Source: Tolypothrix carrinoi HA7290-LM1 (GTDB lineage Bacteria; Cyanobacteriota; Cyanobacteriia; Cyanobacteriales; Nostocaceae). Taken from it: a DNA stretch of 59,983 bases. How positions within the stretch are numbered: position 1 is the stretch's first letter; each line of letters starts with the position of its first letter. Below the pieces are notes generated by a model, which was given only the letters and a program-made list of their open reading frames with translations, made no database searches and was not told the origin of the DNA. Below, piece after piece: positions 11,300 to 22,031 of the stretch. The DNA is taken from NCBI GenBank assembly GCA_019358935.1, contig JAHHIK010000044.1, positions 1 to 59,983 of the forward strand, read 5' to 3'. Position numbers and translations under genes: made by a program.

Positions 11300-11782
11300 A
11301 TGACAAATAATAAATCTTTTATTTTGCGTGCGAAACAAATTGCGGATAATATGCAAACCTTCTCGCACCCCTGGAATCCGAAATCGGAAATATCGTGGAC
11401 ATATATGGGGCGATCGCTCGGACTCAAGCGTACCGGAGTTAATTTCGCAAAAATCCCTCCAGGGAAGGAATCCTTCGTCTATCATTCCCACTACCGCGAG
11501 GAAGAATGGATTTATATCTTATCAGGTCAGGGAATTGTAGAAATTGATGGGGACGAATTTGAAGTACATCCAGGAGACTTTATGGCATTTCCGACTCCTT
11601 CAGTAGCTCATCATCTCAGGAATGCAGGTGATGAAGACTTAGTTTACTTAATGGGAGGAGAAAACCTTGATGTGGAAATTGCCGAATTTCCGCGTCTGGA
11701 AAAATGTCTGATTCGACGTGGTGATGCTCTTGAAATCTTTGATAAAAAGGATGCTAAACCGTTTGGAGCATTGGACAGTTAA
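11300..11782 (+). CDS. cupin domain protein
   Basis: HSHYREEEWIYILSG...AHHLRN. Confidence 0.85.
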   Translation: MTNNKSFILRAKQIADNMQTFSHPWNPKSEISWTYMGRSLGLKRTGVNFAKIPPGKESFVYHSHYREEEWIYILSGQGIVEIDGDEFEVHPGDFMAFPTPSVAHHLRNAGDEDLVYLMGGENLDVEIAEFPRLEKCLIRRGDALEIFDKKDAKPFGALDS

Positions 11783-11830
11783 TTTATCCCTCAACCGGGA
11801 TATGTGCATTTTTGTTAAAACCTGTCTGAA

Positions 11831-12325
11831 ATGCCTTCTATGATAATTCTCGTGATGGGTGTCTCTGGTTCCGGTAAAACTACGATTGGGCAACTGCTCG
11901 CGGAATCTTTGCAGTGGAAATTTAGAGATGCCGATTCTTTTCACTCCCTAGAAAATGTTGAGAAAATGCGCCACGGTATCCCTCTGAACGATTTAGATAG
12001 AATGCCGTGGTTGCTAGCAATGCAACAAGCAATACAACATTGGCTACAAGAAAATAAAAATGTAGTTCTGGCGTGTTCGGCACTGAAAGCTAGCTATCGT
12101 CAGTATCTTTTAATTGGTAATGAAGGTGTTAAGTTAGTTTACCTTAAAGGGTCGTTTGAGTTGATTCAAAAACGCTTGCAAGAGCGTCACCATCATTTCA
12201 TGAGCGAAAAACTTCTTAAAAGCCAGTTTGATACCCTTGAAGAGCCATCTGACGCGATTTCGGTTGATGTTTCCCAGTCGCCAGAGGAAATTGTGCAAAA
12301 TATTATAACGGCTTTGGAGATTTAG
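11831..12325 (+). CDS. gntK: gluconokinase (GntK/IdnK type)
   Basis: MGVSGSGKTT, DADSFH, GIPLNDLDRMPWL, CSALK, SQFDTLEEP. Confidence 0.9.
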   Translation: MPSMIILVMGVSGSGKTTIGQLLAESLQWKFRDADSFHSLENVEKMRHGIPLNDLDRMPWLLAMQQAIQHWLQENKNVVLACSALKASYRQYLLIGNEGVKLVYLKGSFELIQKRLQERHHHFMSEKLLKSQFDTLEEPSDAISVDVSQSPEEIVQNIITALEI

Positions 12326-12426
12326 TCAAAATAAATCATTTTGTTAATTTTACTTATAATTATTCTTTTTGATTAGCTTGCAATTATTACGGGAGCGATC
12401 ACGCTTGTTCCCATTAAGTAGGGTTA

Positions 12427-12780
12427 CTACTGATGTACAATGATGGCATTACGACTGATTTCAATATAAGAGTATTGGTTAAACAACTCAACTAGAGATT
12501 GCAAGTTAGCTGAAAACAGAGCTTCGAGTTCTGAATTATTAATATTACCTGTTGCGATTAACAGTAGTTTATACGGTTGCCCAATTGTTAATAAAGAGTT
12601 AACAAAATCAGAATCTTTAGTGATTAAAATTCGACTTTGTTGGATTGATATAGCATTAATTTCATTATCTGAGGTAGCATTTTGCTGAGGTAAATCCCTT
12701 GTGTGAATTGTATCGTAGCCAGAAGCTTGTAGAAAACGAGCAAGGCGAACTGGTAACTGAGCATCGACCAGAAATTTCAT
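12427..12780 (-). CDS. DUF5615 PIN-like toxin (VapC45-like)
   Basis: MKFLVDAQLP, SDNEI, ILITKDSDF; ATGA overlap with the upstream DUF433 gene. Confidence 0.85.
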   Translation of the reverse strand: MKFLVDAQLPVRLARFLQASGYDTIHTRDLPQQNATSDNEINAISIQQSRILITKDSDFVNSLLTIGQPYKLLLIATGNINNSELEALFSANLQSLVELFNQYSYIEISRNAIIVHQ

Positions 12781-13013
12781 GAGGCAATTTTATGAATGCT
12801 TTTAACCTGGCTGAGTCGAGCTGCAAACAGTAAGGCTGCTAAAATATCTTCACGCTCTAAGTCATCATAATCTTTTAATATTTCCTCAGTTGTCATACCA
12901 GAACTAAGCAGTTCAAGAATAAACTCGACGGGATAACGGAGTTTTCTAATACATGGTTTGCCGTGGCAAATTTCTGGATTGTGGGTGATACGTTGTAAAA
13001 GTGTATTATCCAT
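12777..13013 (-). CDS. DUF433 antitoxin
   Basis: RITHNPEICHGKPCIR...ILELLSSGMTTEEIL..Y..L..EDILAAL. Confidence 0.88.
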   Translation of the reverse strand: MDNTLLQRITHNPEICHGKPCIRKLRYPVEFILELLSSGMTTEEILKDYDDLEREDILAALLFAARLSQVKSIHKIAS

Positions 13014-13205
13014 GCTGTTGTCTGTGTAAAAACTATATGTTAATGTATGAGGTGAAATCAGTTGCAAGGAGATGCGATCGCATTTGAATTATTTGCACAT
13101 CTTGCTAGCGATTAACTTGCAATTATTACGGGAGTGATCGCTAAATAAATTAATGATAAATGTGTGGCGAGATGCCAAGAACAAAAGCGAAGATTGAGGA
13201 AGCCT

Positions 13206-13685
13206 TCAAGTTACAGTCCTAGATGCAGGTTTCGACGCTTGTTGAGCGTATTCTTCTATCAGTCCTGGATATTCTTCGTAAGCGGGCAAAGTCTCGAAGC
13301 TATGAACCGCAGGGGTCGTCGCCCATGACAGCCTTTCTGTAGTCCAAGTTTCGATGAATGGCATGAACCATGACGCATCGTCTAGCATCGTCGCCCGAAG
13401 GTTGACAAACTCGTCTATTCCTTCCGGTCGAGTAAATATCCAACTCATGCAGTGCGGGCAGAAGTAATGGCGAGCTGCACCGTGCAAGCCACCGATAACC
13501 GGCTGACCTTTCAGTACCGAGAACCCAACGCTTGGGATCGCGACGCTTAAAGAAAAAGCGCTGGCGGTCATTCGCTGGCAACCCGTGCAGTGGCAAGCCA
13601 TCGTCAGCAGAGGCGCGGCACTCACCTGAAGCCGCACCTGTCCGCAACGGCATCCGCCTTCCCAAGGCAAATTCCAATCGTTCAT
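13206..13685 (-). CDS. GFA family protein
   Basis: GGCRCGQVR, CHCTGCQ, FCPHCMS; visibly GC-richer than its neighbours. Confidence 0.85.
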   Translation of the reverse strand: MNDWNLPWEGGCRCGQVRLQVSAAPLLTMACHCTGCQRMTASAFSLSVAIPSVGFSVLKGQPVIGGLHGAARHYFCPHCMSWIFTRPEGIDEFVNLRATMLDDASWFMPFIETWTTERLSWATTPAVHSFETLPAYEEYPGLIEEYAQQASKPASRTVT

Positions 13686-13965
13686 GATACGGCTGTCTCC
13701 ATTCTCTATTGATGATGTTGTGCGGATGGTTATTCCATCTGGTCTGATAATTCTATCATCAATCGTCCTGATACCAATTCTTTATGAAGCTGCCCTAAAT
13801 AAGGCTTCAAGGATAAAGTCGCTTATTATTATGAAATATCTGTTGTCTGTTGTTTTTTTTGGAATAATTTATTCTTTGGAAGTCCTTTAGTCTAAACTCC
13901 AGTAATATTTACTAGTTGGGAATATCAGCCGACGACGCAACTGATATCCCAATTCATGCTACCTT

Positions 13966-14943
13966 TTAAAGTTGATGCGAAGCCAGAAAAGCTTCTACTT
14001 CATCTGCCGTGGGTTGAGAAGCGATCGCACCCGGTTTCATTGTCGTTAGCGCTCCTACAGCGCTAGCATAAGTAACAATTGCGCGTGCTGTTTCCGGGTT
14101 GCTTAAGTTTTGGATACCATGAATGAGTAATTGATGAATTAACCCTGCTAAAAAGCTATCCCCCGCACCAGTTGTATCAACTACAGGAATGGAAAAAGCA
14201 GGTAATTTGCCTTCATTTTCTCCAAGACAATAAGCACTACCTTTATCTCCATCTGTTACTAATACACCTTCAATCGAATCAAGACGATGAGCGATCGCCC
14301 CCGCATCTGTGGTATCAAATAACCATTCGGCTTCTTCTAATGCTAATTTGAGAAAATCCACCCGCTTAAATAACGAGCGAATTGTCGGCGGTGCAATATC
14401 AGGATTTTTCCAAAATACCTCACGCCAATTGACATCTAGCATAATTTTCAAGTCAAATTGTTCTGCTAAATCAAGAGCGCGGTGAATTGACGAAGCACTT
14501 TCGGGATATGCTAATTCTAAAGTACCCAAAACCAGAAAATCTGCTTCTTGAAATAGCGATTGTGATAATTCTTCAGCTTTGAGGCGAGCATCAGCAAATT
14601 CAGAAGTATCATATTCACCAAAGCCGGCAAAAGTGCGATCGCCCGACAAAGAGCGTGTAACATAAACTTGCCGCGTTGGTGCTGTAGGATGTCTTTGCAC
14701 CCCCGTTGTATCTACACCTACTTCTTCTAACAACTTTACCAGAGAATTCCCAGGTTCATCTTCACCCACACAACCGATAAAGCCCGCACTCGTTCCCAGC
14801 TTCACTAAAGCACAGGCTACGTTAGCTGGTGCCCCTCCTGGATAAGGAGTCCACGATTTAACTTCTTCTAGCTTTAGCCCTAATTGATCGGCTAAAAGAT
14901 CAAACAAAACTTCACCCAAGCACAAAACACGGGGATTGCTCAT
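13966..14943 (-). CDS. PfkB-family carbohydrate kinase (fructokinase-like)
   Basis: GGAPANVA, DVNWR, DTTGAGDSF. Confidence 0.92.
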   Translation of the reverse strand: MSNPRVLCLGEVLFDLLADQLGLKLEEVKSWTPYPGGAPANVACALVKLGTSAGFIGCVGEDEPGNSLVKLLEEVGVDTTGVQRHPTAPTRQVYVTRSLSGDRTFAGFGEYDTSEFADARLKAEELSQSLFQEADFLVLGTLELAYPESASSIHRALDLAEQFDLKIMLDVNWREVFWKNPDIAPPTIRSLFKRVDFLKLALEEAEWLFDTTDAGAIAHRLDSIEGVLVTDGDKGSAYCLGENEGKLPAFSIPVVDTTGAGDSFLAGLIHQLLIHGIQNLSNPETARAIVTYASAVGALTTMKPGAIASQPTADEVEAFLASHQL

Positions 14944-15299
14944 TTCATTATAGATTTTCGATTTGTCACTAGGAATTTCCAGTATAAAATCTACAACAAT
15001 CTGCTTCTTCTGTCGCCAGTTGTTCACAGAATTAAATAGCCATTTTTGCTACTTATATAAGCTGTAGATGCTCCTATTTTGGGAAAATATCTAAGTAATA
15101 CTTCGCTAATTTATTTAATTGAATGTATAAAAACAATAGATAATTATTTGCATTTGGTTTGAGTGCCATAAATTTTAATTATAAAGAGAATATTGACAAT
15201 CGTATTACTGCTAAGACTTGAAATCCCTAGCTAGCAAAGAATCTTCTAGAATTAGAGAGAGCGATTGAGTACATATACCAAGCGAGGATTGAAAAAGTC

Positions 15300-15563
15300 A
15301 TGGCTGGTGGCGAGTCTCAGACCCCTGTTAGTCTGTCAGATAGAGAACTGCAAATTATCGATTTAGTAGCCGCTGGCTTAACTAACCAAGAAATTGCAGG
15401 GAAACTGGAAATAAGCAAACGTACAGTTGATAACCATATCAGCAACATCCTCACCAAAACGCAGACAGAAAACCGAGTAGCGCTTGTGCGCTGGGCTTTG
15501 CAGTGGGGCAAAGTCTGTTTAAATGATGTAAATTGCTGTGCTCTGCCTAATCCGAACGATTAA
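15300..15563 (+). CDS. pedR: small LuxR-type redox regulator PedR
   Basis: Stand-alone LuxR HTH with the cyanobacterial tail ALVRWALQWGKVCLNDVNCC. Confidence 0.85.
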   Translation: MAGGESQTPVSLSDRELQIIDLVAAGLTNQEIAGKLEISKRTVDNHISNILTKTQTENRVALVRWALQWGKVCLNDVNCCALPNPND

Positions 15564-15607
15564 ACGCCTAGTAGTGACGCGATTTATCGCGTCTGTCATC
15601 ATAATAA

Positions 15608-15847
15608 AGGGCATGGGGCAATGGGCAATGGGCATGGGGCATGGGGCATGGGGCATGGGGCATGGGGCATGGGGGAGGCAGTGCGGTCTTGGTGTCGGAC
15701 CTGCGTGGAGCACCTGCCGTCATGGGACAATGGGCATGGGACATGGAAAGAATTGTATTAGAACCCGCATCCGCGTAAAGCCGCTTCTTTAATTCCCAAT
15801 GCCCAATGCCCATTGCCCAATGCCCTATGCCCAATGTCCAATGCCTA
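15608..15847. repeat. STRR arm - core - STRR arm composite (homolog of 9939-10137) with a 46-nt hairpin insert (15675-15720)
   Basis: Shared core AATTAAAGAAGCG...GATGCGGGTTCTAATACAATTCTTTCCATG. Confidence 0.75.
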
Positions 15848-15899
15848 ACAAAAATTAGCAACAATCTACGGGCTGAAACGCTACATTTGAAACAAATCT

Positions 15900-16619
15900 A
15901 TGTTGCTCCATTCCTTCGTAGGGAGCAGTGTTGCTATGAATACCTCTGCTTCTGCCAAACAAACCTCATCTTTCCTTGATTTTTTTAACTTTGATTTAAC
16001 GGCACCAATGTCTGAAAAAGTTGCTAATGTCGGTTTTATTGGCTCAGACTTTGGGCAACCTACACAAGATGCCGATTTACTTAAACAGCTATCCTTTGTA
16101 CCAGGCTTAAAAGAAATTCTCATGCTGCGGCAGGTTCACGCCTTAGAACATGCTACTGTATGGGTTCTGGGTCAATCAACTTCATACTCAAGCAATTTTC
16201 AAGTTGATAACGAACTATTAAGCGGCTTATCTACCGAGCAAGGATTTTACCTTTATGGGGAAGTGAATATTAGTAACTTGCGACGTGCGGTAACATTGGC
16301 TTTACATCGTCTCACTAATGGAGAAGTTGATTTAGCCGTGCATCCGAGGTGCGGTACAAATGCATCAGTCGCTATGCTGCTGACAGCTGGGTTAGCGGTG
16401 GGGATGCATCTGCTGCTTCCATTTCGTCCAATTGAGCAATTAGTCGGTTTGGGTTTGGCAGCAACAACAGCGGCTGAAATAGCACCAGATATCGGTGCTT
16501 TAGCGCAGCGATATGTGACAACTGCGATACCTTTTAACTTGGCAATTGAAAATATTACCGTCACTCGCGATATGTGGGGACGCGAGGCGCATTTTGTCAA
16601 GGTGCGCTGGCGGGAATAA
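15900..16619 (+). CDS. conserved cyanobacterial membrane protein (DUF6391-like)
   Basis: RQVHALEHAT and LAVHPRCGTN motifs; start uncertain. Confidence 0.65.
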   Translation: MLLHSFVGSSVAMNTSASAKQTSSFLDFFNFDLTAPMSEKVANVGFIGSDFGQPTQDADLLKQLSFVPGLKEILMLRQVHALEHATVWVLGQSTSYSSNFQVDNELLSGLSTEQGFYLYGEVNISNLRRAVTLALHRLTNGEVDLAVHPRCGTNASVAMLLTAGLAVGMHLLLPFRPIEQLVGLGLAATTAAEIAPDIGALAQRYVTTAIPFNLAIENITVTRDMWGREAHFVKVRWRE

Positions 16620-16692
16620 GGCAGGGGAGGCAGGGGAGGCAGGGGAGGCAGGGGAGGCAGGGGGGGCAGGGGAGGCAGGGGAGGCAGGGGAG
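16620..16692. repeat. 9-mer tandem repeat GGCAGGGGA
   Basis: About 8 copies after the stop codon. Confidence 0.85.
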
Positions 16693-16777
16693 AATTACTT
16701 TTATTAGGCTTTTCGTAAAATCAAATAAGCTGTTATCCTAAACTTTGCGTGATTTGATTAAGTATTAAAACCAGCGT

Positions 16778-17590
16778 ATGGAAACGGAATACATTCACGG
16801 ATACAGCACCACCGAACAAAAGCGTTTATTAGGACAAAGCCGAATATTATCAGAATACATTTTCCGAAATATTGACTTGACAAATTGCCAACACCTGTTA
16901 GAAATTGGTGTGGGTGTAGGCGCACAGACTATCTTACTGTTAGAAAAATTTCCGCATCTGCATATTACTGGGGTGGAATTGTCAGAAGTACAACTTGCTC
17001 AAGCAAAGGAAAATCTGGCGATGTTTCCGCAGTTTGCCAAGCGATACGAGATAATTCAGGCTGATGCGAAAAAGCTGGATAATTTGGATACTGCGGGTAT
17101 AGATGCTGTTTTATTTATCTGGGTGTTAGAACATATACCCCAACCAAAAGAAGTATTAGCAGAAGTACGCCGCGTTATACCAACAAATTCTTTAATAAGT
17201 ATTACCGAAGTTTTTAATGATAGCTTATTTTTGTACCCGCCATGTCCAGCAGTGATGAATTATTGGCGTAACAGCATCGATTTTCAATATTCTATTCAGG
17301 GAGATCCTAACGTTGGCGCTCGTCTTGGTGTACTGTTGAGCGATACTGGCTATCGGGATATCGAAGTTACACCCTGCATCGTACATTTAGATAAGCGATC
17401 GCCTCAACAAAGATTAACTATCCTACAGTATTGGAAAGATTTGATGTACAGTCATCTCGACAGCATGATTCAAGCTGGATACACCACATTCTCTGAATGG
17501 GAAAAAGTCGCTGCTGAAATGGATATCCTGATGGAAAATCCCGAAGCTGTATTTTATTACAATCCCATGCAAGCGACAGCAAAAATATAA
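16778..17590 (+). CDS. class I SAM-dependent methyltransferase
   Basis: LEIGVGVG motif I, WVLEHI. Confidence 0.85.
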   Translation: METEYIHGYSTTEQKRLLGQSRILSEYIFRNIDLTNCQHLLEIGVGVGAQTILLLEKFPHLHITGVELSEVQLAQAKENLAMFPQFAKRYEIIQADAKKLDNLDTAGIDAVLFIWVLEHIPQPKEVLAEVRRVIPTNSLISITEVFNDSLFLYPPCPAVMNYWRNSIDFQYSIQGDPNVGARLGVLLSDTGYRDIEVTPCIVHLDKRSPQQRLTILQYWKDLMYSHLDSMIQAGYTTFSEWEKVAAEMDILMENPEAVFYYNPMQATAKI

Positions 17591-17632
17591 AATCCTTTTT
17601 CAAGGATTAATATTGTCAAGGAATTTTTTCTC

Positions 17633-18625
17633 ATGAGAAAACTTTATTTTTTACTACCTGGGACAGATGGCAAATTTGCCTGCGGTGGTCTATGGGTAGA
17701 GTTAAATACAATTAAACTCGCTCAACAATTTTGTCATGCTGATGTTGTGACTTATCGACAAAGAGAATCAGGTAAGCTTTTTTTAGATGATTTGTTGAAA
17801 GAGAAAAATTTAGATGATGTTATTTTTGTTATCAGTTGGGGATTTGATGTAGCTAAACTTGCTCGCAAATTACAGCCACATAATATAGTTTATCATGCCC
17901 ACAGTGCAGGTTATAAATTTAAGCTGCCGGCGAATATTCCCATCATCACCGTTAGCCGAAATACACTCGGATATTGGGGACAACATTCTCCGCACTCTCT
18001 TATCTATTATTTGCCCAATCAAATTGGTAATCAATTTAAAAACTTAAATATTCAGCGCGATATTGATGTTTTAATTCAAGCTCGAAAATCTTCTGAATAT
18101 TTAATTCAAGAATTAATTCCCGCTTTGCAGCAGCAATGTAAAGTATTAGTTGTTGATTCTTATGTCGAAGATTTAGCAAAGCTGTTTAATCAAGCTAAAG
18201 TATACCTCTACGACTCCGCAGAATATTGGGCGCAACAAGCTGTCAGTGAAGGCTTTGGAATGCAACCATTAGAAGCTTTAGCTTGTGGGTGTCAAGTTTT
18301 TTCTAGTATTAACGGCGGACTTTCTGATTATTTAGATCCGGGATTTAATTGCTATAAAATTGCAGGATATTCAAAAGAATATGATGTAAAACGTATTTTA
18401 AAAGCACTTGAACATCCATCATATTCAATCCCAGAACATATTTTAGCAGAATATCGATTAGAAAATATTAATCAGCGGTTGCAAGTAATTCTAGATGAAT
18501 TAAATGATTTTTTTGACCACAAAATACATCACCCTGGCAATATCGAAAGTTTAACTAAAATGCGTATCGCAAAATTACGCACAAAAAATATTTTTGATAA
18601 ATTAAGAAAGAAATATTATAGGTAG
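17633..18625 (+). CDS. glycosyltransferase (GT4-like)
   Basis: EGFGMQPLEALACG (EX7E). Confidence 0.8.
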   Translation: MRKLYFLLPGTDGKFACGGLWVELNTIKLAQQFCHADVVTYRQRESGKLFLDDLLKEKNLDDVIFVISWGFDVAKLARKLQPHNIVYHAHSAGYKFKLPANIPIITVSRNTLGYWGQHSPHSLIYYLPNQIGNQFKNLNIQRDIDVLIQARKSSEYLIQELIPALQQQCKVLVVDSYVEDLAKLFNQAKVYLYDSAEYWAQQAVSEGFGMQPLEALACGCQVFSSINGGLSDYLDPGFNCYKIAGYSKEYDVKRILKALEHPSYSIPEHILAEYRLENINQRLQVILDELNDFFDHKIHHPGNIESLTKMRIAKLRTKNIFDKLRKKYYR

Positions 18626-18685
18626 TAAGCGCTTCAGCGCTTTAATTAAATCCGTAACAAAAGAAAAACAAACACAAGAGGTGTG

Positions 18686-19759
18686 ATGAGTCGTAAGTTA
18701 TTGGTGACGGGGGGTGCTGGATTTATTGGCTCGAATTTTGTCCATCACTGGTGTAAAACTTATCCAGATGACCGAGTGATGGTGCTAGATGCTTTAACTT
18801 ACGCGGGAAATCGTGGTAATTTGGCTGCTTTGGAGGGGAAAGAGAATTTTCGCTTTGTGAGGGGGGATATATGCGATCGCACTCTCGTTGACAAATTACT
18901 CCAAACAGAAAATATCGACATAATAGCCCATTTTGCCGCCGAATCCCACGTTGACCGCTCAATTATAGAACCCGGTGCTTTTGTGCAAACCAATGTAGTA
19001 GGAACTTTCACCTTACTAGAAGCTTTTCGTCAACATTGGCAAACAAACAATCAACCTTTAAATTATCGATTTTTACACGTTTCTACAGATGAGGTTTATG
19101 GTAGTTTAGCACCAAATGACCCAGCTTTTTGCGAAACTACACCTTATGCTCCCAATAGTCCTTATTCAGCTTCTAAAGCTGGCAGCGATCACTTAGTTCG
19201 TGCATATTACCATACTTATGGACTGACAACAATTATTACGAATTGTTCCAATAATTACGGTTACTATCAGTTTCCAGAAAAGCTAATTCCTCTCATGTGC
19301 ATCAACATTTTGATGGGTAAACCTCTACCGATTTACGGTGATGGTAAAAACGTGCGAGATTGGCTTTATGTTCGCGATCATTGTAGTGCAATAGAAGTAG
19401 TGATTCAGCGCGGCACACCAGGAGAAACTTATAATATCGGTGGCAATAATGAAGTGGAAAATATCAACCTTGTGCAGATGTTGTGTCAATTAATGGATGA
19501 ATTAGCATCCGATTTGCCGGTGCGTCCTTCGCAGAAGTTGATTACTTTTGTTAAAGATAGATTGGGGCATGACCGAAGATATGCAATTAATAGTAATAAA
19601 CTGCAAACTCAGTTAGGGTGGACACCTTCAGTAACAGTAGAAGAAGGTTTACGTCTCACCGTTGAATGGTATCTCACTCACCGCGATTGGTGGGAACCAC
19701 TTTTATCTGAAGAATATCAGACTTATTATCGCAAAAATTATCTTCAATCTGCGAGTTAG
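18686..19759 (+). CDS. rfbB: dTDP-glucose 4,6-dehydratase
   Basis: GGAGFIG, AAESHVDRSI, STDEVYG, YSASK, NNYG, RDWLYV. Confidence 0.95.
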   Translation: MSRKLLVTGGAGFIGSNFVHHWCKTYPDDRVMVLDALTYAGNRGNLAALEGKENFRFVRGDICDRTLVDKLLQTENIDIIAHFAAESHVDRSIIEPGAFVQTNVVGTFTLLEAFRQHWQTNNQPLNYRFLHVSTDEVYGSLAPNDPAFCETTPYAPNSPYSASKAGSDHLVRAYYHTYGLTTIITNCSNNYGYYQFPEKLIPLMCINILMGKPLPIYGDGKNVRDWLYVRDHCSAIEVVIQRGTPGETYNIGGNNEVENINLVQMLCQLMDELASDLPVRPSQKLITFVKDRLGHDRRYAINSNKLQTQLGWTPSVTVEEGLRLTVEWYLTHRDWWEPLLSEEYQTYYRKNYLQSAS

Positions 19760-19922
19760 ATAAAACCGTAGTAAGCGCTTCAGCGCTTTCTTGAGCAGCT
19801 TTACATCACGGTTTCGTAACAATTAGTAACTGAAAGTAGCTTTCTTACTATTAAAGTTGTCAGTACTGGGTAACTTATCGCTAAATTAGAGAAACTAGGC
19901 TGGTAAGTCGCGCAGGTGTCGA

Positions 19923-21116
19923 ATGCTGCAAGCAGAACAGATATTACAAAATCGTTACCAAATTCAACGTCAACTCGGCAATAATGGAGTTCGCCAAACT
20001 TGGCTAGCAACAGATTTACAAGCTACTGATGTTGATAATTCTCTTGTTGTAGTTAAACTCCTTGCTTTTGGCGGTACTGTACAATGGGATGACCTGAAAC
20101 TTTTTGAACGAGAAGCACAAATTCTCAAACAGCTAAATCATCCCCGCATTCCCCGGTATCTCGATTATTTTTGTGTCGATGACCGAACGCTTTGGTTTGG
20201 CTTGGTGCAAGAATATATTCCTGGTGAATCGCTCAAAGAACAACTTAATGCCGGGAAAAGGTTTAGCCAAAAAGAAGTTAGAAAAATTGCTGTAGAGATT
20301 TTAAATATTCTCATACATTTGCATGAGTTAAATCCTACAGTGCTGCATCGGGATATTAAACCGAGTAATTTAATTTGGGGTGAAGATAATCATATTTATT
20401 TAGTTGATTTTGGCGCAGTTCAAGATAAAGCCGCAAAAGAAGGTGTAACTTTCACTGTAGTGGGAACTTATGGCTATGCACCGATGGAACAATTTGGAGG
20501 TAGAGCGGTTCCAGCATCGGATCTCTATGCACTGGGAGCGTCTTTGATACACTTGTTAACAGGTACTGCTCCATCTGATTTACCGGTGCAGGAATTACGG
20601 ATTCAATTCGCTGACCGAGTTAATCTGAATTCGGCTTTTGTCGGTTGGCTGCAAAAGTTGGTAGAACCCGCACCAGAACAACGATTTACAAGTGCCCGTC
20701 AAGCTTTGGAGGCACTTAAAAATGGTGTTGCTCTCAAACCGGCTAAACACAATCGAGAGTTACCGCGCAAAGAAATAATAAATAACTCTGGGTGCGGGAT
20801 AAATAATACAGCCGAAGAAGTTCCTGATGAGATTAAGGGGTGGAACTGGGGTGCATTTCTATTACCTTGGTTTTGGTTGTGGACTAATCAAGTTTGGGTA
20901 GGATTGTTATGTTTTGTACCGCAAACTGGTTTTGTCGTCACCCTCGCTCTCGGTGCAAAAGGTAATGAATGGGCTTGGAAAAGTAGAAGGTGGCGCAGTA
21001 TCGAACAATTTAAAGAACATCAAAGAGGCTGGGCGATCGCCGGACTGATGATTGGCGTACCAATTAGTTTGCTGATGTGGTGGGGTGCGATCGCTTTTGT
21101 TGCCTCGATGCTGTAA
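19923..21116 (+). CDS. Ser/Thr protein kinase with C-terminal membrane domain
   Basis: HRDIKPSN, DFG, GYAPME; C-terminal WNWGAF TM region. Confidence 0.92.
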   Translation: MLQAEQILQNRYQIQRQLGNNGVRQTWLATDLQATDVDNSLVVVKLLAFGGTVQWDDLKLFEREAQILKQLNHPRIPRYLDYFCVDDRTLWFGLVQEYIPGESLKEQLNAGKRFSQKEVRKIAVEILNILIHLHELNPTVLHRDIKPSNLIWGEDNHIYLVDFGAVQDKAAKEGVTFTVVGTYGYAPMEQFGGRAVPASDLYALGASLIHLLTGTAPSDLPVQELRIQFADRVNLNSAFVGWLQKLVEPAPEQRFTSARQALEALKNGVALKPAKHNRELPRKEIINNSGCGINNTAEEVPDEIKGWNWGAFLLPWFWLWTNQVWVGLLCFVPQTGFVVTLALGAKGNEWAWKSRRWRSIEQFKEHQRGWAIAGLMIGVPISLLMWWGAIAFVASML

Positions 21117-21285
21117 TTGGGAATTGGTAATTGGTAATAGGTAATAGGTAATTGGGCATTCATGAGGGCTTTTCCCCATTACCTATTCCCCATTCTCTAT
21201 TACCCATTACCCATTCCCCATTCCCCATTACCTATTCCCCATTCTCTATTACCCATTACCCATTCCCCATTCCCCATTACCCATT
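21114..21285. repeat. STRR heptamer tract between convergent genes
   Basis: GGTAAT(A/T) and CCCATT(A/C) units. Confidence 0.8.
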
Positions 21286-21933
21286 CACTACCCCCACAGG
21301 ACAAGCAACATTTGTTCCACCTAAGCCGCAATATCCGCCGGGATTTTTGGCAAGATACTGTTGATGGTAGTCTTCTGCGTAATAAAACTCAGGAGCATCC
21401 AAGATTTCTGTAGTAATCTTGTTATAACCTGCGGCGTTGAGGGCTTCTTGATAAGCATTTCTTGATGCTTCTGCCTCTTGCTTTTGAGTGTCAGAATACA
21501 CGTAAATTCCGGAACGATATTGAGTGCCGGTGTCATTTCCCTGACGCATTCCTTGAGTGGGGTTGTGATTTTCCCAGAAGGTTTTGAGCAAGTCTGAGTA
21601 ACTAATTACCTTGGGGTCAAACACAACCAGCACTACTTCATTGTGACCGGTCATGCCGCTGCATACTTCTTTATATGTGGGGTTGGGAGTTGAACCCGCA
21701 GCGTATCCTACAGCAGTGGTGAAAACTCCGTCAAGTTGCCAAAATTTGCGTTCTGCACCCCAAAAGCAGCCCATACCAAACACTGCCATTTCCATACCTT
21801 GGGGGAATGGTGGCTTGAGGGGATTACCGTTGACATAGTGACGGTTGGTTAGTGGCATTTCTTCTGCCCGTCCTGGCAAAGCTTCTTCAGGAGTGGGCAC
21901 GGTTAGTTTTTTACCAAATCCAAATATCGCCAT
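21277..21933 (-). CDS. msrA: peptide methionine sulfoxide reductase A
   Basis: [26 protein letters not shown]. Confidence 0.96.
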   Translation of the reverse strand: MAIFGFGKKLTVPTPEEALPGRAEEMPLTNRHYVNGNPLKPPFPQGMEMAVFGMGCFWGAERKFWQLDGVFTTAVGYAAGSTPNPTYKEVCSGMTGHNEVVLVVFDPKVISYSDLLKTFWENHNPTQGMRQGNDTGTQYRSGIYVYSDTQKQEAEASRNAYQEALNAAGYNKITTEILDAPEFYYAEDYHQQYLAKNPGGYCGLGGTNVACPVGVVNG

Positions 21934-22031
21934 TGTTTTTGCTTTAATTTCTAATTAACATCTTTACCTTAGTTAACATTGTAAAGATTTTGGGTATGTG
22001 ATGGTGTTCGGCGATCGCGCTAACTTCCAGC

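Noticed and set aside
13206..13685. GC-rich second GFA gene as part of a larger mobile element
   Set aside because: No terminal repeats or mobility genes were seen; at most an isolated acquired gene.
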